A DNA stretch of 64,000 bases, taken from NCBI RefSeq assembly GCF_024521635.1, contig NW_026250417.1, positions 434,001-498,000 of the forward strand, written 5' to 3'. Source of the DNA: Tricharina praecox (lineage: Eukaryota). The stretch's first letter is position 1, and the number at the start of each line of letters is the position of its first letter. The notes below the pieces were generated by a model. That model ran no database searches and was not told where the DNA came from. It was given only the letters and a program-made list of their open reading frames with translations. Below are positions 63,489-64,000 of the stretch, piece by piece. The position numbers and the translations under genes are program-made.

Positions 63489-64000
63489 TTCGGGGGTGAT
63501 GTAATGTCGTAGTCGTTGAAGGGTTGATAGTTCTCGCGCAGAGTGACGGAGGTAAGGAAGGAAGGAAAACTCAAACCGTGAAGTCGAGCGGGTAGTAGTG
63601 CCTTTTGAATGAACGGTGGGAGGTCTTGATGTAGATACCGTAGGGTTTGAGAGCGGGAAGGTGGTGGCGGTTGAGGCTTTCTCTTCGACGACGGCTATCC
63701 AACGGACTGGATGGTGGATCGGTTGAGTGTTGACCGACGGAATCCCGTAGTCCAGCTGGAGTAAGATTGGTTCTGCGGAAAGAGTGCAGCGGGAGAAGTG
63801 GAGGTAGGTAATGGCAGGAATGAGTGAGAGGGGGAGCTTTTCTTTTCTTTCGTCGTTCTTTGCCGGACCGCTGGCGCCGATCCAAACAACACCACTCACA
63901 CCCACACATCGCACTACCCACCTCCATACATCGGATCTATGGACTTGGGAGATTTTTATTTCCGCAGTCATTCGAGGCCCGAGTTCATGCAGGCCCCTAC

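Overview
Intron-rich filamentous ascomycete DNA, with short GT-AG introns carrying CTRAY branch sites. A Pezizomycete origin is my inference. About 20 protein genes can be supported: a partial hypothetical gene, a HET-like membrane protein, a poly-Asn orphan, a CorA-like protein, an F-BAR/DEP/RhoGAP, NTF2, U2B''-like RRM, CCP1, DPH4, U2AF1, SAD1, PRP39, a CHFR-like RING-PBZ ligase, APE2, DPH6, a frameshifted CE5 esterase, a 17-Cys secreted precursor, a C-terminally anchored membrane protein, gamma-glutamyltranspeptidase, two paralogous 6-Cys secreted proteins and a DHA2 MFS transporter. The main signal is absent from the ORF track. A tandemly duplicated unit at about 56.8-60.8 kb carries two U1 snRNA genes on the minus strand, each divergent from a secreted-protein gene. 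Copy A has the canonical 5' end AUACUUACCU. Copy B keeps the stems (with compensatory changes), the AUUGCAC loop, the Sm site and the TATA box, but its splice-site-recognition sequence is UUACGUACCA, complementary to UG|GUACGUA donors. Such donors occur in this window. Other candidates are a frameshifting cassette exon in a 465-nt PRP39 intron, a highly base-paired ~260-nt RNA upstream of DPH6, and retroposon insertions in the copy B promoter. All gene models and RNA folds were derived by eye.
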